Below are positions 18,776-26,216 of a stretch of 64,000 bases of DNA, piece by piece. How positions within the stretch are numbered: position 1 is the first letter of the stretch; every line of letters starts with the position of its first letter. The notes beneath the pieces were generated by a model that saw only the letters and a program-made list of their open reading frames with translations, was not told where the DNA came from and did no database searches. The stretch lies in the IMG/VR virus record IMGVR_UViG_3300005739_000025. One strand, given 5' to 3'. This DNA comes from a virus (lineage: Duplodnaviria; Caudoviricetes). Position numbers and translations under genes: made by a program.

Positions 18776-19540
18776 ATGTTTTTTAAGAAAACCAAAACAC
18801 CCTATATAAAGTTTATTCCCATAGTCGAGGGTTTAAAAGAATTTATCCCCATAATACCAGCTAAAAGTTATTTACCTGATTGGTGGGAAAAAATAAACAT
18901 AAACGAAAATGTTAAATTTGCTAATAAACGTCCTGTTTCTACTGGTACAGTTAGAAAATGTCCAGGTATAATGGATTTTTTAAAAACAGGCTATATTATA
19001 CCCGCCTGGACTGATATATATATTACAGTTAAAGGTAGAGAAAGTATAGAATTTGAACTATCCGATAAAAGATTTAATGCTCGTATACACAGCAATGATC
19101 AATTTTTAAACTATATACCTGAACATTCAAAAACAGAGTATCTTTGGACTTTGAAGTTACAGAGTCCTTGGTTTATACAAACCCCACCAGGTTATAGTGT
19201 TATGTATATAAACCCGTATTATCACTTTAACAAATATTATGATATTGCCCCTGGTATACAAGATACAGATATATATCATGATTCCAACCAATTTTTGTTA
19301 ATTAAAAAAGAAGGAGAATTTTTAATAGAACGAGGTTCTCCACTTAGCATAGTTTTTCCTTTTAAACGAGAAGACTATGACTTTACGATGGAAGATTATG
19401 ATTTTTTTAAAACAGAGAAATATAAATCTAGAGAAGAATTTGTATCGTTTTCAAAATTTTCATCAATGCTTTCTTATAAAAAAGAACAACAAAAACAAAG
19501 AAAATGTCCTTTTTTATGGAATCATAGCTCAATCGGTTAG
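18776..19540 (+). CDS. Conserved phage protein (DUF6065-like), paralogue of 22109-22840; stop codon lies inside tRNA-Asp
   Basis: RKCPGIMDFLKTGYIIPAWTD, W.IQTPPGYS, PGIQDTD. Confidence 0.7.
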   Translation: MFFKKTKTPYIKFIPIVEGLKEFIPIIPAKSYLPDWWEKININENVKFANKRPVSTGTVRKCPGIMDFLKTGYIIPAWTDIYITVKGRESIEFELSDKRFNARIHSNDQFLNYIPEHSKTEYLWTLKLQSPWFIQTPPGYSVMYINPYYHFNKYYDIAPGIQDTDIYHDSNQFLLIKKEGEFLIERGSPLSIVFPFKREDYDFTMEDYDFFKTEKYKSREEFVSFSKFSSMLSYKKEQQKQRKCPFLWNHSSIG

Positions 19541-19591
19541 AGCACTGCCCTGTCACGGCAGGGGTTGCGAGTTCGAGTCTCGTTGATTCCG
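19518..19591 (+). tRNA. trnD: tRNA-Asp(GTC)
   Basis: GGAATCA/TGATTCC, loop CTGTCAC. Confidence 0.93.
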
Positions 19592-19596
19592 TGAAT

Positions 19597-19671
19597 GTCT
19601 GTGTAGTGTAATAGAGAGCACGAGAAGCTACGAACTTTTTAGTGTGGGTGCAAATCCTGCCATAGACACCA
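19597..19671 (+). tRNA. trnR: tRNA-Arg(ACG), non-canonical T-loop
   Basis: GTCTGTG/CATAGAC-ACCA, loop CTACGAA, T-loop TGCAAAT. Confidence 0.85.
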
Positions 19672-19678
19672 TTTTAAC

Positions 19679-19755
19679 GCTCTGGAAGCTAAAGTAGTCG
19701 AAGCGTTAGTCTGCAAAACTTTCATTAGTCGGTGCGAGTCCGACCCAGAGCTCCA
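19679..19755 (+). tRNA. trnC: tRNA-Cys(GCA), non-canonical T-loop
   Basis: GCTCTGG/CCAGAGC-TCCA, loop CTGCAAA (weak anticodon stem), T-loop TGCGAGT. Confidence 0.8.
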
Positions 19756-19762
19756 TTTTATA

Positions 19763-20023
19763 GATCTGGCCGTAGCAAATGATATCCAGATCAGGGTGTG
19801 TTCCCTTTGCCTGTTAGTGTGTTGGGGGTGCTCATCTGGGCTAGTCGAGCTAGGCTACATAAAGCTATGACGCTATGCATTAGTACAACACAGGCTATTG
19901 GACGGAAGTATCTGGCTCCAGGCCAGACTCCGTTAAGGAAGGGACAAAATCCGGAACAAAACCCTTCAGCACTAATAATTTAGTAGACCCGTTATGCCTC
20001 TTAGCAATGCACACTTAACGGGT
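19763..20023 (+). ncRNA. Unassigned ~260-nt structured RNA inside the tRNA array
   Basis: GC-rich, no credible ORF, at least six stems (GATCTGG/CCAGATC, GTGTTG/CAACAC, TCTGGC/GCCAGA, GAAGGG/CCCTTC, ACCCGTTA/TAACGGGT). Confidence 0.55.
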
Positions 20024-20028
20024 ATTTT

Positions 20029-20099
20029 CCCTCCTTAGTATAGTAGCATTACAATCGGTTGATAACCGATAGAACTAGGGGCAGTACCTAGAGGAGGGA
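20029..20099 (+). tRNA. trnI: tRNA-Ile(GAT), non-canonical T-loop
   Basis: CCCTCCT/AGGAGGG, ATCGG-TTGATAA-CCGAT, T-loop GGCAGTA. Confidence 0.85.
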
Positions 20100-20135
20100 C
20101 TATTGACTTTTCAAAAGGCGTGATATAATTACTTT

Positions 20136-20351
20136 ATGTACGAGACCGATCTCACATATAAGAGAAAAAAATATAAAATTAAAATAAAAACCATTTTCGA
20201 GGTAGGGGATGGTAAAGAACATTATGATTTAGAAGTCTCAACAAATAAAAGAATGTCTGGTAATGAATTTTTAGCGCTAAGAAAATATCTAGAAGATGAG
20301 GGTTATATAGAACAAGCAAGAATTTATAATGAGGAACTTTATGCCGATTAA
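20136..20351 (+). CDS. Hypothetical protein
   Basis: 71-aa ORF with a sigma70-like promoter upstream. Confidence 0.55.
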   Translation: MYETDLTYKRKKYKIKIKTIFEVGDGKEHYDLEVSTNKRMSGNEFLALRKYLEDEGYIEQARIYNEELYAD

Positions 20352-20497
20352 AGATTGGACAAAAATGACTAAAGATGAACTCTTATATACCTTTGAATGG
20401 GCACAAAAAATAGGTTTTCACTTTTTAGCTAAAGAAGTGTATAATCAATTAAAAGTTAAGGGTCTCATTAAAGAGGATAAGAGCGAAAAATAATTTA

Positions 20498-20569
20498 CGG
20501 GCACGAGGAAGATAGTAATCCGCCAGTTTTGGGAACTGGAAATACTCGGGGCGGAACCGAGGTGCCCGA
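20498..20569 (+). tRNA. trnP: tRNA-Pro(TGG), non-canonical T-loop
   Basis: CGGGCAC/GTGCCCG, CCAGT-TTTGGGA-ACTGG, T-loop GGCGGAA. Confidence 0.85.
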
Positions 20570-20572
20570 TTT

Positions 20573-20647
20573 CGCTGCTTAGCTGAGATAGATTAGCACG
20601 AGTCTGAAGAACTTGATAGGTTGGAGCGTTACCAACAGCAGCGGCCA
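20573..20647 (+). tRNA. trnF: tRNA-Phe(GAA), non-canonical T-loop
   Basis: CGCTGCT/AGCAGCG-G-CCA, loop CTGAAGA, T-loop AGCGTTA. Confidence 0.82.
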
Positions 20648-20650
20648 TTT

Positions 20651-20726
20651 TTGGAGCAACCACAAACCCACTGGTATTAGGCGTTGAGAGTAATTGGAAA
20701 GCGCTCTCGAGTAAGTCCTGCTCCAA
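20651..20726 (+). ncRNA. Unassigned tRNA-sized structured element A
   Basis: TTGGAGCA/TGCTCCAA closing stem, internal GAGAG/CTCTC, flanked by T-tracts; resembles 21552-21617. Confidence 0.45.
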
Positions 20727-20736
20727 TTTTTTAAAC

Positions 20737-20808
20737 GTGGCTCGTGGTGTAATAGAAGCATTAGAGATTGTGACTCTCTCGGTGAGGGGGCAGAACCCTT
20801 CGAGCCAA
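20737..20808 (+). tRNA. trnH: tRNA-His(GTG), non-canonical T-loop
   Basis: G-1, TGGCTCG/CGAGCCA, AGAGA-TTGTGAC-TCTCT, T-loop GGCAGAA. Confidence 0.85.
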
Positions 20809-20848
20809 TTTAGTAGAAAAAAACATTTTTTATTATATAATTCTTTTT

Positions 20849-21550
20849 ATGCGCATTTTATCTATTGATATGGATTTTATCACAACTAGATATGGGCAAT
20901 ATATTATAAACAATTATGATGAGGTTTATAATAAAAATGCCAATATGCATTGGGAAAATATTAGACTACAGTATGGTGACATACACGAGGATTTTAAACC
21001 TGATATTCAAAATTTAGTTTATATATTCGAAGTTTTTTCTAATGCGATTTTGAATAGTAAAAAAGTAGTTTTTAGCAATTATCATGACTGTATTCTAAAT
21101 GAATTAGATTTTAATAAAACTCATTCAATTATTAATATAGATCATCATCACGATTTGTTTTATTTTAACTCACAAAAAGAAAAAGTAGAAAGATATAGTG
21201 TCGTAAGTGATGCTGATTGGGTATGGTATCTATTAAAAAATAATTATTTGATGTCCTATACCTGGATTCACAACCCAACATCTTCTATGCCTAAAGATTC
21301 ATTTTATAGTGACGATAAAAGGATGATTTGTAAGTTTTTATTAAAAGGAGATTACACCTTTAAAAGCTATGATTTCGATTTAGTTTTTGTATGTTTAAGT
21401 CCTATTTATATAAGTCCTATACACTGGCATTATTTTGAACTGCTTAAAGTAATATATAAAAATACTCTAAAAAAAGATTTAATAATAAACAATAAAAGAT
21501 ACGAAATCGATTTTCAAATTGGTTTAAATAATTCTGGGTCATTCTTGTAA
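20849..21550 (+). CDS. UPF0489/arginase-like metalloprotein
   Basis: LSIDMDF, NIDHHHDL, DLVFVCLSP.Y motifs. Confidence 0.65.
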   Translation: MRILSIDMDFITTRYGQYIINNYDEVYNKNANMHWENIRLQYGDIHEDFKPDIQNLVYIFEVFSNAILNSKKVVFSNYHDCILNELDFNKTHSIINIDHHHDLFYFNSQKEKVERYSVVSDADWVWYLLKNNYLMSYTWIHNPTSSMPKDSFYSDDKRMICKFLLKGDYTFKSYDFDLVFVCLSPIYISPIHWHYFELLKVIYKNTLKKDLIINNKRYEIDFQIGLNNSGSFL

Positions 21551-21551
21551 A

Positions 21552-21617
21552 TGGAGCCGACATTCCAATGCTATTGGTTGAGATTAACCCTGGAGCGTCG
21601 CGGGTAAACTTGCTCCA
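21552..21617 (+). ncRNA. Unassigned structured element B (related to A)
   Basis: TGGAGC/GCTCCA closing stem; CGACATTCCA/TGGAGCGTCG; 3' CGRGTAAR segment shared with A. Confidence 0.45.
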
Positions 21618-21624
21618 CTTTTTT

Positions 21625-21708
21625 AGACACACTGACAGAAATGTCTTGGGCGCATGTGCCGCTACAGACTCGTAAGAGTTCATTGAAAGTTATAGCACAA
21701 GTGTGTCT
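21625..21708 (+). ncRNA. Unassigned multi-hairpin RNA
   Basis: 9-bp AGACACACT/AGTGTGTCT stem enclosing GACA-GAAA-TGTC and GACTC-GTAA-GAGTT GNRA hairpins. Confidence 0.55.
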
Positions 21709-21712
21709 TTTC

Positions 21713-21784
21713 GGGGAATTAGTTAAGTGGCTATAACTCCTGATTTGCATTCAGGTGTCACCGGTTCGACTCCGGTATTCTCCA
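21713..21784 (+). tRNA. trnA: tRNA-Ala(TGC)
   Basis: G3-U70 pair, CCTGA-TTTGCAT-TCAGG. Confidence 0.93.
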
Positions 21785-21791
21785 TACTTTA

Positions 21792-21873
21792 GCTCTAGTG
21801 GTGAAATTGGCAGACACGACAGACTTAGGATCTGTTGCTTTACGGCATGGGGGTTCGAGTCCCTCCTGGAGCA
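21792..21873 (+). tRNA. trnL: tRNA-Leu(TAG)
   Basis: Type II cloverleaf, loop CTTAGGA. Confidence 0.93.
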
Positions 21874-21879
21874 TATTTT

Positions 21880-21966
21880 GGAAGTGTGGCCGAGCGGTTT
21901 AAGGCAGAAGTTTACTAAACTTCCGAGGTATCCATTCCTCCGTGGGTTCGAATCCCACTGCTTCCA
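21880..21966 (+). tRNA. trnS: tRNA-Ser(ACT), unusual A34 anticodon
   Basis: Ser-type body with long variable arm; GAAGT-TTACTAA-ACTTC. Confidence 0.85.
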
Positions 21967-21982
21967 TATTAATAATTTTTAT

Positions 21983-22074
21983 GGGCAGATGGCTGAGTCC
22001 GGTCTAAGGCGTCCGACTTGAAATCGGAAGTGGGGGAAACCTCACCGTGGGTTCGAATCCTACTCTGCCCGCCA
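21983..22074 (+). tRNA. trnS: tRNA-Ser(TGA)
   Basis: Type II cloverleaf, loop CTTGAAA, G73-CCA. Confidence 0.95.
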
Positions 22075-22108
22075 TTGAATTTTAAAAATTATAAGTTAAA
22101 ATAATATA

Positions 22109-22840
22109 ATGTTTAATTTGTTTAAAAAGGAAATAGAATTTTTTCCAACAACTTTAGAAATAGATAAAGTAGCTCCTATTGTTCCAGCTAGCAAATTTCT
22201 CCCAAAATGGTGGACGGATATTGATCCAAATAAACATGTAAATTTAGTAAATAATGTACCTGTTATAAGAGGCAATATTAAAAAATGTCCAGGTGTATCA
22301 GATTTTTTAACTAAGGGTTTTATATTACCCGCCTGGACAGATTTTTATTTTTGCTATGAAAATGGTAAAATGAAAAAAATCTCATCGTTACAATCCCACG
22401 GAATAATACACCAACCAGACACATCATTTATTGATTTTTTACCAGATAATATAAAATTTAAAAAACCCATTTCATATAAATTATTAACCCCCTGGCTTAT
22501 CAAAACCCCTCCCGGCTATAGCAGTTTAATTTTAAACCCAACATTTCATTTTAACGATAATTTCGACACTATGCCCGGTATACTCGATACCGACATTTTT
22601 CATACCCTATCTATTGAAATTCTAGTTAAAGAATCAAAAACTTTTACTATACCTTTTAACACTCCATTATGTATAATAGTTCCTTTTAAAAGAAATAAAT
22701 TTAAATATAAAATTAATTTAAATAAAGCAGTAATGGAGAAATTGTCTTCTCTTTCAAATCTTATATCTTTTGCAAAATTTTCTTCTAGCGCTATGTATAA
22801 TTATGTAAGAAGATCAAAATGCCCTTTTAATAATAAATAA
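22109..22840 (+). CDS. Conserved phage protein (DUF6065-like), paralogue of 18776-19540
   Basis: KKCPGVSDFLTKGFILPAWTD, W.IKTPPGYS, PGILDTD, C-terminal KCPF. Confidence 0.7.
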   Translation: MFNLFKKEIEFFPTTLEIDKVAPIVPASKFLPKWWTDIDPNKHVNLVNNVPVIRGNIKKCPGVSDFLTKGFILPAWTDFYFCYENGKMKKISSLQSHGIIHQPDTSFIDFLPDNIKFKKPISYKLLTPWLIKTPPGYSSLILNPTFHFNDNFDTMPGILDTDIFHTLSIEILVKESKTFTIPFNTPLCIIVPFKRNKFKYKINLNKAVMEKLSSLSNLISFAKFSSSAMYNYVRRSKCPFNNK

Positions 22841-22844
22841 TTTT

Positions 22845-23102
22845 ATGAATTTTGAAATTTTAATAAATGACTTATTAAAAAAGAATTATAAAATTAATGA
22901 GCAGTTAGCTAAAGGTAAAACTTTAGAAGATATATCTAAAGAGACAGAAACATCAAAAGAAATATTAAATAAAGAACTTAAAAAAGGAATAGAAATAGAA
23001 AAAGAACATACACCATCAGAAAAAAAAGCTAAAACCATAGCTAAAGATCATCTTATTGAAAATCCTAAATATTATACTAAATTAAAGAAAGTAGGATTAT
23101 AG
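22845..23102 (+). CDS. DUF5661-like small protein
   Basis: ELKKGIEIEKEH...IAKDHL.E.PKYYTKL. Confidence 0.65.
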   Translation: MNFEILINDLLKKNYKINEQLAKGKTLEDISKETETSKEILNKELKKGIEIEKEHTPSEKKAKTIAKDHLIENPKYYTKLKKVGL

Positions 23103-23176
23103 ACCCTGTAGTGTAATGCAAAGCACGTTATGCATATAGCATAAAGATAGAGGTTAGAATCCTTTCAGGGTCGCCA
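23102..23176 (+). pseudogene. tRNA-like gene with collapsed anticodon loop (no reliable anticodon)
   Basis: GACCCTG/CAGGGTC-G-CCA; anticodon arm TTATGC-ATATA-GCATAA, A at position 33; T-loop TTAGAAT. Confidence 0.7.
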
Positions 23177-23902
23177 TTAATTGTTTTTAGTCGCAAAATT
23201 ATTCCACCTTTCTGTATTACTTAATTCCTGCTTGGAGTTTAACTCTACATGTCCATCAAAATAAGCCACTACGGCTTTATTATTATACCTATAATCTACC
23301 TCCCCGACAGCTCCTCTAGTTTCAGGACCCGCCACATCAAAACACCCCCTATGTTCTGCTCCTTCCATTTTACTAATCGCAAATACAACTAGTTTAGAAG
23401 GTTCATTAACCTGAGTGATATTAGTTACTACTGATTTATTGCCTCTATCTGGTGAAACAGGAGTACCGTACTTACCCCCAACATAAGTACCATTCATACC
23501 AAATGTTGTAAAAACTGTTACTAGATAAGAATACATACTATCATCTGGAGGAGCAGCTTTCTGATTGTTAACCATTAAGATGTTAATACTATAATCTATA
23601 TAAGGCGCAAGTCTCCATGGCCATCTTTTTGCAGCATGGGACATGACTGGCTTACCTTTATCGTCTAATACTTTACCTGGTTTAGGGTCCATAGCTTTAA
23701 TTAATCGCCCTCCATTATCAGCTGCGTAAGCATGAAACCCTGCCATTAATGCTCTACCTGCATGAACCTCTCTTCCCTTTTCAGCAGATTTTATATAACT
23801 AGAATAACCTGAAAAACCAATAGCAGCTAAAATGGTTATAACTGCTATAGATACTAATAGTTCAATTAACGTAAAAGCCCTTGCATATCTTAAAAAGTTC
23901 AT
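23177..23902 (-). CDS. Prepilin-type N-terminal cleavage/methylation protein with H-X9-DG-type C-terminus
   Basis: AFTLIELLVSIAVITILAAI; YRYNNKAVVAYFDGHVE. Confidence 0.9.
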   Translation of the reverse strand: MNFLRYARAFTLIELLVSIAVITILAAIGFSGYSSYIKSAEKGREVHAGRALMAGFHAYAADNGGRLIKAMDPKPGKVLDDKGKPVMSHAAKRWPWRLAPYIDYSINILMVNNQKAAPPDDSMYSYLVTVFTTFGMNGTYVGGKYGTPVSPDRGNKSVVTNITQVNEPSKLVVFAISKMEGAEHRGCFDVAGPETRGAVGEVDYRYNNKAVVAYFDGHVELNSKQELSNTERWNNFATKNN

Positions 23903-23918
23903 ATATTATATATATACT

Positions 23919-24680
23919 ATGAAAATATTATTTCTAGGAATTACATATTTTTTTACTTTAATTTCTATTCTACACTCTCAAATTATTACTGTAAATATGG
24001 GAGGAACTACTAGTTTTTCTTCTTGGTCTAATATAAATTCTTTTAACTATTCAGGCTACGGCTCATTTCCAGGAAACACTCCATGGCCTGCACCTATAAG
24101 AGCTACACAAGGTTCAACAAATTCAACTTTAAATAGAGTTACTGGTTCCCCAACAGGTGGAGGACCATTTCTAGCATCAGAATCAATATATTTTGGCAAT
24201 TTCAGTCAAATTCCAAATGCATTAGGAGGAACACTTAGACTGTCTAATTCTATTTCTTTAACAAATATTAAAACTCTTGTACTGCAAATACAAATAGGAG
24301 AAGCAACAGGGTATGATTTCTTTACACCTACTGGTTTTCCTAAACTCTCTTTAAACGGAATAACAAATTTTGCTGCTTACACCAATCTTGTTAATAGATA
24401 TCAAAATGGTACATTTCCTAGTCCTGAAACAGGGTTAGATGAACCCGTATATGTTAATACATGGGCGTACCAATGGAAAATTACAAATGCATCAGTAAAC
24501 AGCTATTTTGTAGATTTTAGCGCGGTAACACACGCCCAGGTCTACAACATCAGATGGGATAGCTCTTCCATGGCATATAACACGCCAGTTATTCCTGAAC
24601 CATCTACTATTGGTTTGCTGGCCTTTAGCGCTGCTGGGTTTGCCGTTTACATTTATAGAAAGAGAAAAAGAAGTAAATAG
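23919..24680 (+). CDS. PEP-CTERM sorting-domain surface protein
   Basis: Start reassigned to ATG 23919 (signal peptide MKILFLGITYFF); C-terminal VIPEPSTIGLLAFSAAGFAVYIYRKRKRSK. Confidence 0.9.
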   Translation: MKILFLGITYFFTLISILHSQIITVNMGGTTSFSSWSNINSFNYSGYGSFPGNTPWPAPIRATQGSTNSTLNRVTGSPTGGGPFLASESIYFGNFSQIPNALGGTLRLSNSISLTNIKTLVLQIQIGEATGYDFFTPTGFPKLSLNGITNFAAYTNLVNRYQNGTFPSPETGLDEPVYVNTWAYQWKITNASVNSYFVDFSAVTHAQVYNIRWDSSSMAYNTPVIPEPSTIGLLAFSAAGFAVYIYRKRKRSK

Positions 24681-24699
24681 CAGCATAATAAATAATTAA

Positions 24700-25113
24700 A
24701 TGAATTGGCTACCATTAGTAATTTTGGTAGCCTTTTTTGTTTTTATTATACCCAATTATAAAGAATTTGAAAAGCCGGAATTAAAAATTTTACCCGATGG
24801 ATGTGTAGTATATTCTATATATCATAAAATGGCTTTAGAGGCTAATGAAAAATTAGAACCTTATCTCTGGTCTAGAGTGCTCGCTATACACTTTTATAAC
24901 AAAGTAGGTCACGCTGTTAATGTATTTGTCTACAAGAATAATACCTTTGTTTATAACCCAGGACTTGGTACTTATCCTATATATGAGAGACCTATATATG
25001 ATCCATTACAATTAGCGGAAATAATTTTTCCAGATACACCTATTAGAAGAGCGTATTTTTTAGAACCCACATTGTTATTGCAATATCAAAAAGAATATCA
25101 TATTATAGAGTAA
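24700..25113 (+). CDS. Secreted papain/transglutaminase-like protein (Cys-His)
   Basis: Signal-like N-terminus; LPDGCVVY...GHAVNVF...YNP; similar to 51717-52094. Confidence 0.45.
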   Translation: MNWLPLVILVAFFVFIIPNYKEFEKPELKILPDGCVVYSIYHKMALEANEKLEPYLWSRVLAIHFYNKVGHAVNVFVYKNNTFVYNPGLGTYPIYERPIYDPLQLAEIIFPDTPIRRAYFLEPTLLLQYQKEYHIIE

Positions 25114-25409
25114 TGCAAGAAATTATTAAGGAAATAGCAGGAGCTATTATGACTATAAGTTTTATGTTTTGCTATGTACCGCAAATAATTAAAATTTTTA
25201 AAAATAAATCCTCTAGAGATGTTTCGTTGATGTTAATAATTATGTCTATGATAGGTTATATTTCAGGAATGGTTTATTTATTTTTAGGTACATTTGGTAT
25301 ATGGTGGTTTTTAAATTACTGCGTAGGGTTAATAATGTGCTCGATTTTAATATACTCTTGGTTTAAATATAGAAAGAACAGCGATACTGATAATTGCTGG
25401 AATAGTTAA
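25113..25409 (+). CDS. PQ-loop/SemiSWEET-family small membrane protein
   Basis: YVPQIIKIFKNKSSRDVS and three TM helices. Confidence 0.8.
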   Translation: MQEIIKEIAGAIMTISFMFCYVPQIIKIFKNKSSRDVSLMLIIMSMIGYISGMVYLFLGTFGIWWFLNYCVGLIMCSILIYSWFKYRKNSDTDNCWNS

Positions 25410-25434
25410 ATAGGTATTTTAAATATAATACACC

Positions 25435-25659
25435 ATGAAATTAAAAATACCTTTTATTAAAAATAATTACTATTTAACACTTAAATCTTACTATTGTGGG
25501 GCTGTAGTAGAGAGTAAAACATCGAGAGCAGGCGAAGATTGGCTAAGAGGTAATGATTTAATTGATGGAAAACTCTGGGCGTTACCTAAAACACTTTGGG
25601 ATATTATTTGCTATGAATTCTATCTTGGCAGATGGTCTAATAAATGTAAAAATAATTAA
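25435..25659 (+). CDS. Hypothetical protein
   Basis: 74-aa ORF. Confidence 0.45.
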   Translation: MKLKIPFIKNNYYLTLKSYYCGAVVESKTSRAGEDWLRGNDLIDGKLWALPKTLWDIICYEFYLGRWSNKCKNN

Positions 25660-26066
25660 TTTAGTTTTCTAAGACGGTACCTTTGATTGTACTGAGAGCG
25701 TTTAGAGTTCTTTTTATTTCTCCCACAAAAAGTTTCTGTTTGAGAATGACAATTTGGGCATAATAATCGAATATTACTAGGTATGTTGTTGTCTGAGTTA
25801 CCATCTATATGATCAAGATGTAACGATATCGGTTTATTGTTCCATTCAGCTATATTACAAGAAACACATTTATACCCTGCTGTTTTAGATAAAAAACTTT
25901 TTAATGTATTAGGTTCGCTGCATTTATTTTCTTTTATTTTTTTTACCGTTACATTTTCAAACCGATAATTTGCTTGACATTTATTATTACAAAATTTGCC
26001 TTTTGAACTAGATGTTTCATAAGTAAAAAAGACGTTGCAATATAAACAGCTTGACTCTTTTTTCAT
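25656..26066 (-). CDS. Free-standing HNH endonuclease
   Basis: CxxC...KFCNNKC; CVSCNIAEWNNKPISLHLDHIDGNSDNN...LCPNCH. Confidence 0.9.
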   Translation of the reverse strand: MKKESSCLYCNVFFTYETSSSKGKFCNNKCQANYRFENVTVKKIKENKCSEPNTLKSFLSKTAGYKCVSCNIAEWNNKPISLHLDHIDGNSDNNIPSNIRLLCPNCHSQTETFCGRNKKNSKRSQYNQRYRLRKLN

Positions 26067-26125
26067 AACATTTATATTTATACGAGCACTTCTAATAAAT
26101 GAACAGGTCTGAATTAATAATTTAC

Positions 26126-26199
26126 GGGGGGTTGTTGTAATGGTAGCGATTCGCGTTTACACCGCGACAGAAGAGGTTCGATCCCTCTACCCCCTACCA
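26126..26199 (+). tRNA. trnV: tRNA-Val(TAC)
   Basis: TCGCG-TTTACAC-CGCGA, ACCA end. Confidence 0.92.
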
Positions 26200-26216
26200 C
26201 CACTTTAAATAAAACA

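Noticed and set aside
21625-21708. Hammerhead ribozyme
   Set aside because: The CUGAUGA...GAAA core is not present in the required arrangement
18321-22021. ORFs 18321-18539, 19377-19586, 19798-19983, 20445-20726, 20579-20761, 21444-21683, 21755-22021
   Set aside because: They overlap tRNAs or structured RNAs, where higher GC removes stop codons; no protein motifs
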